A stretch of DNA of 64,000 nucleotides, taken from NCBI GenBank assembly GCA_963729605.1, contig CAVSNY010000005.1, forward strand, positions 160,001 through 224,000, given 5' to 3'. The first letter of the stretch is position 1. Each line of letters opens with the position of its first letter. The position numbers and the translations under genes were made by a program. The notes under the pieces are model-generated. The model was not told the DNA's origin and did not search any database. It was given only the letters and a program-made list of their open reading frames with translations. Below are positions 1 to 8,143 of this stretch, piece by piece. Source of the stretch: an uncultured Gammaproteobacteria bacterium. GTDB lineage: Bacteria; Pseudomonadota; Gammaproteobacteria; DRLM01.

Positions 1-359
1 CCTTAAATGAAAAAGAAAACGGCAATAAGGTCTTTTCCGATGACTCACTTGAATTTCTATCTACAGCACGCTGGCCCGGCAATATAAGAGAACTAAAAAA
101 TGCCGTTCAGCATGCGTACATCCTGGCTGGTGACCGGATTGAACCACAACACTTTCCTCCTCAATCTATTTCAATGGCGGAAGATAATGCCTCTCCTCTC
201 CGATTTACCGTAGGCACTTCTCTTGATGAGTTTGAAAAAAGATTCATTTTGGCGACACTCGATCATTACAATGGCGACAAACGTTCCGCTGCGGAGGTTT
301 TAGGTGTTAGCCTTAAAACACTCTACAATCGCTTAAATAACTATCAAAACTCCATATAA
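1..359 (+). CDS. Sigma-54-dependent transcriptional regulator (bEBP), C-terminal part; 5' end outside window
   Basis: Frame of ORF 174..359 is open back to the window edge and reads ...WPGNIRELKNAVQHAYIL... (AAA+ C-terminal motif), then a Fis-type HTH (AAEVLGVSLKTLYNRL). Confidence 0.9.
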   Translation, partial: LNEKENGNKVFSDDSLEFLSTARWPGNIRELKNAVQHAYILAGDRIEPQHFPPQSISMAEDNASPLRFTVGTSLDEFEKRFILATLDHYNGDKRSAAEVLGVSLKTLYNRLNNYQNSI

Positions 360-365
360 AAAATA

Positions 366-392
366 AAAAAGCGGCAAATAATTTGCCGCTAA
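366..392. terminator. Hairpin between convergent genes, probable intrinsic terminator
   Basis: agcggcaaat-a-atttgccgct stem preceded by an A-run (U-tract on minus strand). Confidence 0.7.
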
Positions 393-421
393 GAAATTGT
401 ATATAATGAGAAACGGTAATT

Positions 422-1390
422 TTATTTACCTTGACGCTCCAGAGTCTGAGGGACCGGTTCTTGGGGTGCCCCGACAGCGCTATTTTGCAAGCTTTCTTTC
501 CAATTGTTCTGATCAATTGCAGGTGTATTCTTTAGCTGATCTTGGGTAGAGGAAATTCGCAACTTATCTTTTTTGTCTCCTATTGCCAATGTCTTCGTAG
601 GGACGGCGATGACTTTGTCATTTATACCAGCGAATCCCCCAATGGAAAGCACAGCATAAGGTACGCGCCCGCTCTGAATATCCACGGCTAGATCTTTAAT
701 CTTGCCAACATCTTCATTCTGGTTAGTGACGACATCACTTCCAATAATAGCGGTGGCCTTAGTGAGCTTTTGACTATTATCTAAATCCGTTGGTACACGT
801 ACGCCAGCGCGTTGATACATATTTTGTAATGCCTGTTGATCCACTAAATTCTCCCAATTATCATTTTTCAGAGTGGGCGATTGTTTAATGACTTGCGGAG
901 AAATATTAAGGATAAGAACTCGTTTATCGCCGGTGAAGCCTAACACGGTATCTTGAACGGGATTTAAAGTGAAACTTTGCGGTGGCAAGGCAATCAATTT
1001 ATCTCCAATCCCGAGAAAGCCACCGGTTGACATCACGACATAACTAATATGTCCAGTTTTTATATTGATGGCAAAATCTGTTACTTTTCCGAGTTTATTT
1101 TTTTGGTTGTCAGCTACATCTTGTCCGATGAGCGTGGAAGCCTCGACAAATGTATTTCCATGTTCCAGTTCTTCCGCACGACGCGCATTTTCTACACCAC
1201 CCGTCACCCGACCATCTTGAACCTGCTCTTGTCGATCCGATTCGGGTGCGGCAACGGCCTCACTCGAACCAATAATCATAATTAAAAAGAAAATAACACC
1301 GGTCAACACCGTACTTACTATTTTCGCTGGGTTTGCGGTCAATGGATCATCATTAAAACTGACATTGCCATATATGGATTTCATGTCCAA
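422..1390 (-). CDS. Exported/membrane-anchored protein with two PRC-barrel domains
   Basis: Two repeats of AS.LIG.DV..LGK(V/I).D..I...G...Y.V.S.GGF.G+.DK.IA+P; N-terminal hydrophobic segment. Confidence 0.85.
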   Translation of the reverse strand: MDMKSIYGNVSFNDDPLTANPAKIVSTVLTGVIFFLIMIIGSSEAVAAPESDRQEQVQDGRVTGGVENARRAEELEHGNTFVEASTLIGQDVADNQKNKLGKVTDFAINIKTGHISYVVMSTGGFLGIGDKLIALPPQSFTLNPVQDTVLGFTGDKRVLILNISPQVIKQSPTLKNDNWENLVDQQALQNMYQRAGVRVPTDLDNSQKLTKATAIIGSDVVTNQNEDVGKIKDLAVDIQSGRVPYAVLSIGGFAGINDKVIAVPTKTLAIGDKKDKLRISSTQDQLKNTPAIDQNNWKESLQNSAVGAPQEPVPQTLERQGK

Positions 1391-1481
1391 TACTCCTTAA
1401 AAATGGGGAATAAAAATTTTTGTATTCTTATGAATTATTGCTGCACACTATTTTTAAAAATCCAATCGCTCATTATTTTAT

Positions 1482-1499
1482 TGGCAATATTTATGCCTA
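1482..1499 (-). promoter_or_regulatory. Putative sigma-54 (-24/-12) promoter for the PRC-barrel gene
   Basis: Minus strand TAGGCATAAATATTGCCA = GG-N10-GC, ~90 bp upstream of the start at 1390. Confidence 0.65.
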
Positions 1500-1791
1500 A
1501 CTAAATTAACCCATAAAAACTATTAACTTAATGAAATATAAATAAAATTGAATGCGTTTTTTAAAATCAAACTTTAATCGGACAAAATGAATGGCAACAG
1601 ATACACATATTTTGAATATTTTATAAAAAATTCAAATATGATTTGAATATGTGACAATCAAACCGAGGGAATAATTTATAAATTAGATTTAAGCGTTGCA
1701 TGCGCTGATTTTAATGTGCATCGCAAGATGCACAGAGAGTAATTTTTTATGGCTACAACATCATTGAAAAGTTCTTTATTTAAAATAGCAA

Positions 1792-3183
1792 TCAAATGAA
1801 TGTGTGATCGATAGCCTCATCAATTATATTATTATCACCACGATATCCATTTTCATAACGCGCCAACCTGTTGTAAAGGGTTTTTAAACTAATCCCAAGA
1901 CTCTGAGCCGCTCGTTTTTTATTCCCTTGCATATATTCCAAGGTTTTATACAACAGATCTCGCTCTACATCATCCAACGTTCGGCCCACCGAAATATCCA
2001 TCACATCGTGAACAGTTTTCATCTCTTTGGATGAAAACAGGGGGATGTGTTTTTCTTCTATAACCTCGCCTGACAGGAGATAAGCCTGTTCAATCACATT
2101 ACGGAGCTCTCTAACATTGCCCCGCCATTCCATATCTTTTGCCAAATATTGCACGGCTGATTCCGAAATTTTTTTATTGCTCTTCTTAGCCCGATTCAGC
2201 AACCCTAAAAAATACTTAGTTAAAATTTCAACATCTCCTTCTCTATCTCTAAGAGAAGGAACATTTATCGGAAAAGCGGATAATCTAAAAAATAAATCCT
2301 TTCTGAATTTCCCTCGAGTCACCGCCTCATCGGTCTTTCGATTAGTCGCCGCAATAACTCTTACGTCAACCGGAAATTCTCGGCTTCCGCCCAATCTGAC
2401 CACCCGCCCCGTCTCTAAAACTCGAAGTAAATGGGCTTGCAAATCGATCGGCATTTCTGTTATTTCATCTAAAAAAAGTGTTCCACCATGGGCTCGCTCA
2501 AAATAACCGCGATGTTGATGCGCCGCCCCAGTAAAACTGCCTCGCTCGTGTCCGAATAATTCAGAGCCTATTAAGGTGGGAGAAAGGGCGCCACAATTGA
2601 GAGTAAGATAAGGTTTATGACTTCTCCGGCTCATTTCGTGGATGGTCCAACCAACCAATTCCTTACCAGTGCCGCTTTCGCCGTTAATTAAGACTGTCAC
2701 TTCGGTCGGGGCGACTTTTTCAATAAGATTATACAATTCACGCATTACCGGCGATGCGCCGATTAATGGGCCAAATGCGGCGGAATTTCCTTGAGCGTCC
2801 ACTATTATTGGCATATGTTGATGAGCTTCTTGCAGTCGTAACCGCATAAGCAATATCCGTAATCGCTCAACGTCAATAGGCTTAGTCAAGTAATCCCAGA
2901 CATTGCTGCGCATGGCTCCTATCGCGCTGTCTACGCTGGCATGCCCCGTAATAAGAACAACCTTTGTAAAACTAGATTTCGGAATTTCCTTAGCTAAATC
3001 TAATCCGTCGCCATCGGGCAATAACAAATCGACCAAAACAAGGTGGGGTTTATTATGTGACAGCTGAAAGCGCGCTTCATCCATAGTTCCGACAGCAACG
3101 ACTTCAAATCCTTCCCGTGCAATCAGCTCTTGTCCCTGCGACCTAAATTCAATATCGTCATCGACCAACAATACTCGCAACAT
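1792..3183 (-). CDS. NtrC-family sigma-54-dependent response regulator (REC-AAA+-HTH)
   Basis: REC (LLVDDD...LVDLLLPDGDG), Walker A GESGTGKE, GSFTGA loop, Walker B LFLDE, WRGNVREL, HTH LGISLKTLYNRL; start placed at MLRVLL after a GGAGGG RBS. Confidence 0.95.
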   Translation of the reverse strand: MLRVLLVDDDIEFRSQGQELIAREGFEVVAVGTMDEARFQLSHNKPHLVLVDLLLPDGDGLDLAKEIPKSSFTKVVLITGHASVDSAIGAMRSNVWDYLTKPIDVERLRILLMRLRLQEAHQHMPIIVDAQGNSAAFGPLIGASPVMRELYNLIEKVAPTEVTVLINGESGTGKELVGWTIHEMSRRSHKPYLTLNCGALSPTLIGSELFGHERGSFTGAAHQHRGYFERAHGGTLFLDEITEMPIDLQAHLLRVLETGRVVRLGGSREFPVDVRVIAATNRKTDEAVTRGKFRKDLFFRLSAFPINVPSLRDREGDVEILTKYFLGLLNRAKKSNKKISESAVQYLAKDMEWRGNVRELRNVIEQAYLLSGEVIEEKHIPLFSSKEMKTVHDVMDISVGRTLDDVERDLLYKTLEYMQGNKKRAAQSLGISLKTLYNRLARYENGYRGDNNIIDEAIDHTFI

Positions 3184-3354
3184 ACTCCCTCCACTGGTCT
3201 GATCACCAATCTCGCACCTTTTATCTACCACATCGGTATCTACCACATCGTTAAAAGTAAACTACGCTTACTTAACTAGCATTCGATCATTTTTATCTGC
3301 CACTCCTGACGGCAAAAATCCCCGATGAGTTCTTAATCTTATGCTTGAACAATA

Positions 3355-3399
3355 ACACAAAATGCGGAGAGGGTTAATAACCCTCTCCGCATTTTGTGT
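3355..3399. terminator. Perfect 22-bp-arm palindrome downstream of the beta-barrel gene (terminator or RNA-stabilising hairpin)
   Basis: acacaaaatgcggagagggtta-a-taaccctctccgcattttgtgt. Confidence 0.65.
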
Positions 3400-3421
3400 C
3401 ACTCTAAAATAATCAGGGATA

Positions 3422-3943
3422 CTAAAAATTAAACCCAACGCCGATATTGTGAACAAATGCCCCGTCATTGAAATTATCATTCACATCGTCAGCCTTCTTA
3501 AAAAAGAATTGATATTCCTCTAGGAAGTATACGAAGGTATTTGGTGTAGCATAATATTTAATGCCCACTTCTGGACCTGCAATACCGGTATCCTGGACAC
3601 CTTCCCCATAAATTGCACCCACCTGCACACCCACTAAGGGACGCCATTTACCTAGGTTCCAATGATAATCAAATACCAAGCGAGTTGAGCCGTTCCACAT
3701 GTCATCGCCTGCGAGATCCGCGTAATTCACACCTTGTCTAATTGACATTTGCCAATTGTCGGTAAGATACGAACCGTAACTGGCGGACAATCCTAGCGTG
3801 CCTCGATCAAAATCATTATTACTGGTTCCAGCACCCGACAGAGTAAACTCACGGTCTCCTTTTACTGGCCCATAACTGTCAATCGCATGCGAAGAAAGAG
3901 GTACGCCGCTCAAAAATAAACAAATGGACAAGAATTTTTTCAT
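3422..3943 (-). CDS. Outer membrane beta-barrel protein (small, OmpW/OmpA-like)
   Basis: Signal peptide (SSHA), alternating beta-strand pattern, C-terminal Phe BAM signal (HNIGVGFNF). Confidence 0.75.
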   Translation of the reverse strand: MKKFLSICLFLSGVPLSSHAIDSYGPVKGDREFTLSGAGTSNNDFDRGTLGLSASYGSYLTDNWQMSIRQGVNYADLAGDDMWNGSTRLVFDYHWNLGKWRPLVGVQVGAIYGEGVQDTGIAGPEVGIKYYATPNTFVYFLEEYQFFFKKADDVNDNFNDGAFVHNIGVGFNF

Positions 3944-4010
3944 GAATCTCTCCTTTATTAGTAAAAATTACCAACTATTTAAAATAGTCAATCGAGACGC
4001 CCAACACACC

Positions 4011-4181
4011 TTACAAGGGGGGTGTAGCCCTTCTTCCAAATATTAAAAAAACTACGAATAAGACCAAGAATAAAAAGAAAAGTATTTTCGCTATACCTAC
4101 CGCGGCGCCTGCTATTCCAGTGAATCCCAGCAATCCCGCGACGATGGCGATAATTAGAAATGTAATTGCCCAGCCAAGCAT
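4011..4181 (-). CDS. DUF1328 (YtjA-like) small membrane protein, 56 aa; absent from the ORF track
   Basis: Translates [56 protein letters not shown], with an AAGGAG RBS upstream. Confidence 0.9.
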   Translation of the reverse strand: MLGWAITFLIIAIVAGLLGFTGIAGAAVGIAKILFFLFLVLFVVFLIFGRRATPPL

Positions 4182-4236
4182 AATTGATCTCCTTTCAACA
4201 ACTGAATTTCACGCGGAATTTTTAAAAATTAATATT

Positions 4237-4419
4237 CTATCTGTCGAGCTTATCTTCGACTCTATCACCGGCATTTTCTATTTTGTCGCCCGCGTTCTCT
4301 ATGGAGTTGTCTATTTTTTCTCCCGCTTCCTCCATGGGTCCTTGTTGCTCACATCCCATCAGAGATACTGTTAATACGCCTGCGAGCGTAGTCATTAAAA
4401 TATATTTACTAGTGTTCAT
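4237..4419 (-). CDS. Small lipoprotein, stress-associated type (GPMEEAGEKID)
   Basis: Lipobox LMGC, repeated (E/D)xAG(E/D)K(I/V) motif, AAGGAG RBS. Confidence 0.75.
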   Translation of the reverse strand: MNTSKYILMTTLAGVLTVSLMGCEQQGPMEEAGEKIDNSIENAGDKIENAGDRVEDKLDR

Positions 4420-4481
4420 TTTTATCTCCTTTGATTAATAAAAATAAAAATATGAAAGAAACACAACCCATGAATTAATGG

Positions 4482-4499
4482 TTGCAGGTTATGTGCCAT
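4482..4499 (-). promoter_or_regulatory. Putative sigma-54 promoter for the lipoprotein-DUF1328-OMP unit
   Basis: Minus strand TGGCACATAACCTGCA, near consensus TGGCAC-N5-TTGCA. Confidence 0.75.
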
Positions 4500-4596
4500 A
4501 AAAATTAAATCGAGTTAAAAGTTCTTAAATAGCAATTTAAGAGGAGTTAAAGGAGTTGAAAAATATCGAGGAAAGTTAAATTTATAAAAATAGGTC

Positions 4597-4626
4597 GAAA
4601 AAATTACTAGCAACAGAAATATTTAC
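4597..4626. promoter_or_regulatory. Candidate tandem upstream activator sequences
   Basis: GAAA-AAA-TTAC (4597) and GAAA-TAT-TTAC (4616), 19 bp apart, 100 bp from the GG of the sigma-54 motif. Confidence 0.5.
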
Positions 4627-5015
4627 ATTTATTTCGATCCAATTCATAAAAATAAAGCAAAGATTAAATAATAGTTTTGCATGGACGAATCGAATAAACC
4701 CAGCCGGCGATTAACGACACGCGCCATAATATCGAGCCGTTCATCCACACCGTTTTTCATGCGTAAAGCTTAGAAAAATAAAAACGTATTGAAAAGATAC
4801 GCTCTTTTCAATAAACCCATTTTTTATAAAACTCTATGGTTAATTATTAGATATTTTTATCACGCATAATGAAGTTATTGCCTCTACAATCTCTAAGCCT
4901 TCAGCCTCAAAACAGCCGACAGTCTTGCCATAACTTTTAAGGCGACCTCATAGTCGCCCCTATCCGAACACCTGTCTTCAAGAAAGTCAGCGGCGGAGAC
5001 AAACATTCCTCCAAA

Positions 5016-5348
5016 CTACTCAGACAGCCTACTTCCAAACAATTTCGCGACGGCAAATCCAACTCCAAAAGCCGCGAGCAAACTGGTAACAGGATAATCG
5101 GAAATATGCCCTTCCATGTTACCCATTAACTCTCTTCCTTTAATGCGGGCATCATGTAATCTATTTTTTATTTCGTCCTCACCATCATCAATGTGTCCTT
5201 TGATTTTTACCCGGGCGTTTTTCGCTTTTTTAGCCGCGACCTCGCGAAGCTCGTCTAGCAGGCCAGAGGTATCAGCTTGCAGTTTGGAAAAATCAGCTTT
5301 CAAAGTATCAAATTCCTTACGCAACTCGTTATCAGACTTATCAGCCAT
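5016..5348 (-). CDS. DUF883 (ElaB/YqjD) family protein
   Basis: Coiled-coil N-terminus; C-terminal I..YP+.SLLAAFGVGF transmembrane tail; AAGGAG RBS. Confidence 0.8.
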   Translation of the reverse strand: MADKSDNELRKEFDTLKADFSKLQADTSGLLDELREVAAKKAKNARVKIKGHIDDGEDEIKNRLHDARIKGRELMGNMEGHISDYPVTSLLAAFGVGFAVAKLFGSRLSE

Positions 5349-5429
5349 GGTCAACTCCTTTTATAAGTATTAGCGTTCATCCTTGAGGGGGCACATTCTG
5401 GCCCCCTCTTTATTGATGAAATAAATTAT

Positions 5430-5849
5430 CTATTCCCAATAAGGGCGAGATCCGTAATAGGTATGAATATTACTCGCCCATTGTAAATCAGCCATTGCTG
5501 GCCAATGATCTTTATCAAAACCAGGCGCATTCTTAAGCCGATCTTTTTCTATGTCGAGAATGAAACATTCACGTTCGGCATCCAACGTCAAAGCTTCCCA
5601 AGGGATCGCGAACAATTTATCACCCAGTCCTAAAAAGCCGCCGAAGGAGAGAACGGCATACGCTACACGGCCACGGGGAACATCCAACATGATGGCTTCA
5701 ATCTTTCCCAAATCTTCACCTATCGCATTTACTACCGAATCCCCCGTCAGAGAATCTGAAGTCATCAGCGTAGGCCCCGGACCCGGGTTATCCAGGTACG
5801 GTGATCCTCCGCCGATAATTTTTCCGGAATTATGAATATTTGTTTCCAT
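5430..5849 (-). CDS. PRC-barrel domain protein
   Basis: GPGPTLM..DSLTGD.V.N..GEDLGKI..IMLDV..GRVAYAVLSFGGFLGLGDKLFAIPW. Confidence 0.92.
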   Translation of the reverse strand: METNIHNSGKIIGGGSPYLDNPGPGPTLMTSDSLTGDSVVNAIGEDLGKIEAIMLDVPRGRVAYAVLSFGGFLGLGDKLFAIPWEALTLDAERECFILDIEKDRLKNAPGFDKDHWPAMADLQWASNIHTYYGSRPYWE

Positions 5850-5902
5850 AATAAAACCTCCAAATTAAAATCTTCACATATCGTTGCTTGCGATAGGGTG
5901 AG

Positions 5903-5919
5903 TGCAAAGGTCACGCCAT
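5903..5919 (-). promoter_or_regulatory. Putative sigma-54 promoter for the PRC-barrel/DUF883 unit
   Basis: Minus strand TGGCGTGACCTTTGCA = GG-N10-GC. Confidence 0.75.
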
Positions 5920-6016
5920 CCTTAATTATAAAAATTAAGATTGTTTAATTTGTTACTTCAATACCATTTTCAACTCATACATTTTTAAAATCATCGATAT
6001 AACTCTTAAAATTACT

Positions 6017-6046
6017 AAAATTTTTACAACAACCTGTAACAATTAC
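6017..6046. promoter_or_regulatory. Candidate tandem upstream activator sequences
   Basis: AAAA-TTT-TTAC (6017) and GTAA-CAA-TTAC (6036), 19 bp apart, 100 bp from the GG of the sigma-54 motif. Confidence 0.5.
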
Positions 6047-6125
6047 ACATCATAGTACTTTTAGATGTATTAAATCTTGTCCTGAAGGAGAGCGGAAAAT
6101 TAATCCCCGTTCAAGCTTCTTAAGA

Positions 6126-6689
6126 TTAGAATTTATTCTGGCCATATTGGTTATTTCCCATGTTATTAAGCAAACTGGCGAGATCTTCGGCGTGTTCTTC
6201 CTCTACCGCCAATATTTCTTCCAGCATTCTTCGTGAAGTCGGATCGCTCTTATCCAAGAACTCGATAATCTCTCTATAACTGTCTATGGCCACACGCTCC
6301 GCAACCAAGTTTTCTTTTATCATGTCCATCAAGGAACCACCCTCAACATACTCAGAATGGCTGCGCGACAGCATTCCTTCAGGTGAAAAATTGGGCTCCC
6401 CTCCCAGCTGGACTATTCGTGAAGCGATACTATCGGCGTGTGTTTGCTCTTCGTTGGCGTGCTCAAGAAATTCGGCGGCTACTCCTTTGGCATTGATTCC
6501 ATTTGCCATGAAATAATGTCTCTTATATCTAAGAACACACACTAACTCCGTCGCCAATGCATCATTTAATAGTTTAATCGTAAGTTCTCGGTCTCCCTTA
6601 TAACTTGTGGTCACCGCTCCTTCTTCCATATGTTGTCTTGCGCGTTTTCGTAATTCTTTTATATCAAGCATAAAATGATTTGTTTCCAT
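6126..6689 (-). CDS. Ferritin-like / bacterioferritin-family protein
   Basis: Diiron carboxylate pattern LATE...EE.TH...AE...EEEH; RIVQLGGEP. Confidence 0.9.
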   Translation of the reverse strand: METNHFMLDIKELRKRARQHMEEGAVTTSYKGDRELTIKLLNDALATELVCVLRYKRHYFMANGINAKGVAAEFLEHANEEQTHADSIASRIVQLGGEPNFSPEGMLSRSHSEYVEGGSLMDMIKENLVAERVAIDSYREIIEFLDKSDPTSRRMLEEILAVEEEHAEDLASLLNNMGNNQYGQNKF

Positions 6690-6772
6690 TGGTATGACCT
6701 CCAGTAATTATTCCTCAGCACCGGATGTGCTTATCTTTAAATTTCGACCCGGTTTTCTTACATTGCCTGTAC

Positions 6773-6789
6773 AGCAATATGCATACCGC
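6773..6789 (-). promoter_or_regulatory. Putative sigma-54 promoter for the ferritin-like gene
   Basis: Minus strand CGGTATGCATATTGCT = GG-N10-GC. Confidence 0.6.
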
Positions 6790-6927
6790 TTAAAAGGCGT
6801 TTTCTTGAATCGGTGGCCATGGGAAGAGGAGCAATCCTTACAATATCCGTGAATTATTTTCTTATTTTTTCAAAAATCGTCATCGCCGACATATCATCAT
6901 GCTATTGATTAATAAATATAAATTAGA

Positions 6928-6944
6928 CTGGCATATGACTTGCT
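6928..6944 (+). promoter_or_regulatory. Putative sigma-54 promoter for the BON-ORF-CsbD unit
   Basis: CTGGCATATGACTTGCT = GG-N10-GC. Confidence 0.75.
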
Positions 6945-7037
6945 TTTTCACACCACAAGACCAACTACCGGGTTGGTTGGAATTTAAATCCTGAATTCAC
7001 GCTTACACAGATTTCTTAAATTTCCAGGAGAAATATC

Positions 7038-7367
7038 ATGGTAAAAACTTATAGAAATACAATCGGCATTTTATTTCTAGCCTTTTTTATGGGCTTGGCT
7101 GGATGCGCTTCGACAAATACAAGCCAAAGCACTGGGGAATTCATTGATGACAGCGTTATCACCGCAAACGTAAAAAGCGCTTTGTTAGCTGAAAAAATGA
7201 CACCCGGCATGAGCATAGAAGTCGAAACTTTTAAAGGACGAGTTCAATTGAGCGGGTTCGTCGATTCTTCGACGCAAGCCAAGAAGGCAGAAACCGTCGC
7301 GTCTCGTGTCAAAGGTGTTAAGTCGGTAATAAACAATATCGAAGTTAAAACAGATCACGCCCGCTGA
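7038..7367 (+). CDS. BON domain lipoprotein (OsmY-like)
   Basis: Lipobox LAGC; IDDSVITANVKSAL...VETFKGRVQLSGFV...VKGVKSVINNI. Confidence 0.92.
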   Translation: MVKTYRNTIGILFLAFFMGLAGCASTNTSQSTGEFIDDSVITANVKSALLAEKMTPGMSIEVETFKGRVQLSGFVDSSTQAKKAETVASRVKGVKSVINNIEVKTDHAR

Positions 7368-7429
7368 AGCCCGGTAAAACTTTATCCGCGGCTAATGAAT
7401 ACATTCAAGCATTCAAAAGGAGTTGATTT

Positions 7430-7675
7430 ATGAACACCATAAATTCTTCCAAATCGCTCTCAAACATCGTAAGCGGCGCGGTATGCTGGCTGGACAACGA
7501 CTCCGTTACCAATCGGTTCGACCCGGGTATCGAAGATGACGATTATATGAATATCCTTACTTATGAAGATCCCCATTTAAGCCTTTCCTATGAAGGCCGT
7601 GAAATTTCACTTCCATCAAATCTCGATCAAGCGGCCAATCTTATCGATGATGAAAAAGAGCTTTATATTTTTTAA
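7430..7675 (+). CDS. Hypothetical acidic protein
   Basis: 81-aa ORF with AAGGAG RBS between the BON and CsbD genes; no recognised domain. Confidence 0.55.
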   Translation: MNTINSSKSLSNIVSGAVCWLDNDSVTNRFDPGIEDDDYMNILTYEDPHLSLSYEGREISLPSNLDQAANLIDDEKELYIF

Positions 7676-7726
7676 TGCGGATGTATTTAAATTTTCGGCG
7701 GCAAAAACCAACACAGGAGTAGTATC

Positions 7727-7924
7727 ATGAACTGGGATCAAGCAAAAGGTAATTGGAAACAAATGAAAGGCAAAGTTAAAGAGCAATGGGGCGAGCTCAC
7801 CAATGATGAAATCGACATTATCAACGGCCGCCGCGACCAGTTGCTCGGCTCAATCCAAAAACAATATGGGATAACCCGTGAAGAAGCGGAACGGCAAGTC
7901 AAGGAATTTGAAAAGCATCATTGA
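7727..7924 (+). CDS. CsbD/YjbJ family stress protein
   Basis: MNWDQAKGNWKQMKGKVKEQWGELT.DE...G.RDQL.G.IQ..YG. Confidence 0.95.
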   Translation: MNWDQAKGNWKQMKGKVKEQWGELTNDEIDIINGRRDQLLGSIQKQYGITREEAERQVKEFEKHH

Positions 7925-7944
7925 TATTTTCAACTACTATTTTC

Positions 7945-7982
7945 AAAAAAAGCTATGCCTGGAGACAGGCATAGCTTTTTTA
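7945..7982. terminator. Bidirectional rho-independent terminator
   Basis: AAAAAA-agctatgcct-ggagac-aggcatagct-TTTTT between convergent csbD and slyD. Confidence 0.85.
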
Positions 7983-8143
7983 TTGGCATGAAACAACACT
8001 CTATTGATGACGGTAAGGATTAAAGTGCTTTGGTTACTCATGGGAGAACTGAACCCCGCGCTTGATCAAGAGGGTATATCGCAATACCCGTCCTTGATCC
8101 CCCTCCCATCGCGTTTATCCTTGCGGTAAGCCGCAAGCAAGAG

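Noticed and set aside
1482-1499. The same site also reads GG-N10-GC on the plus strand
   Set aside because: No plus-strand gene follows; explained by the quasi-palindromic nature of the motif
5838-6689. PRC-barrel and ferritin-like genes both start ATGGAAACAAAT (METN)
   Set aside because: Only 12 bp are shared; may be chance or translation-initiation bias, with no further similarity
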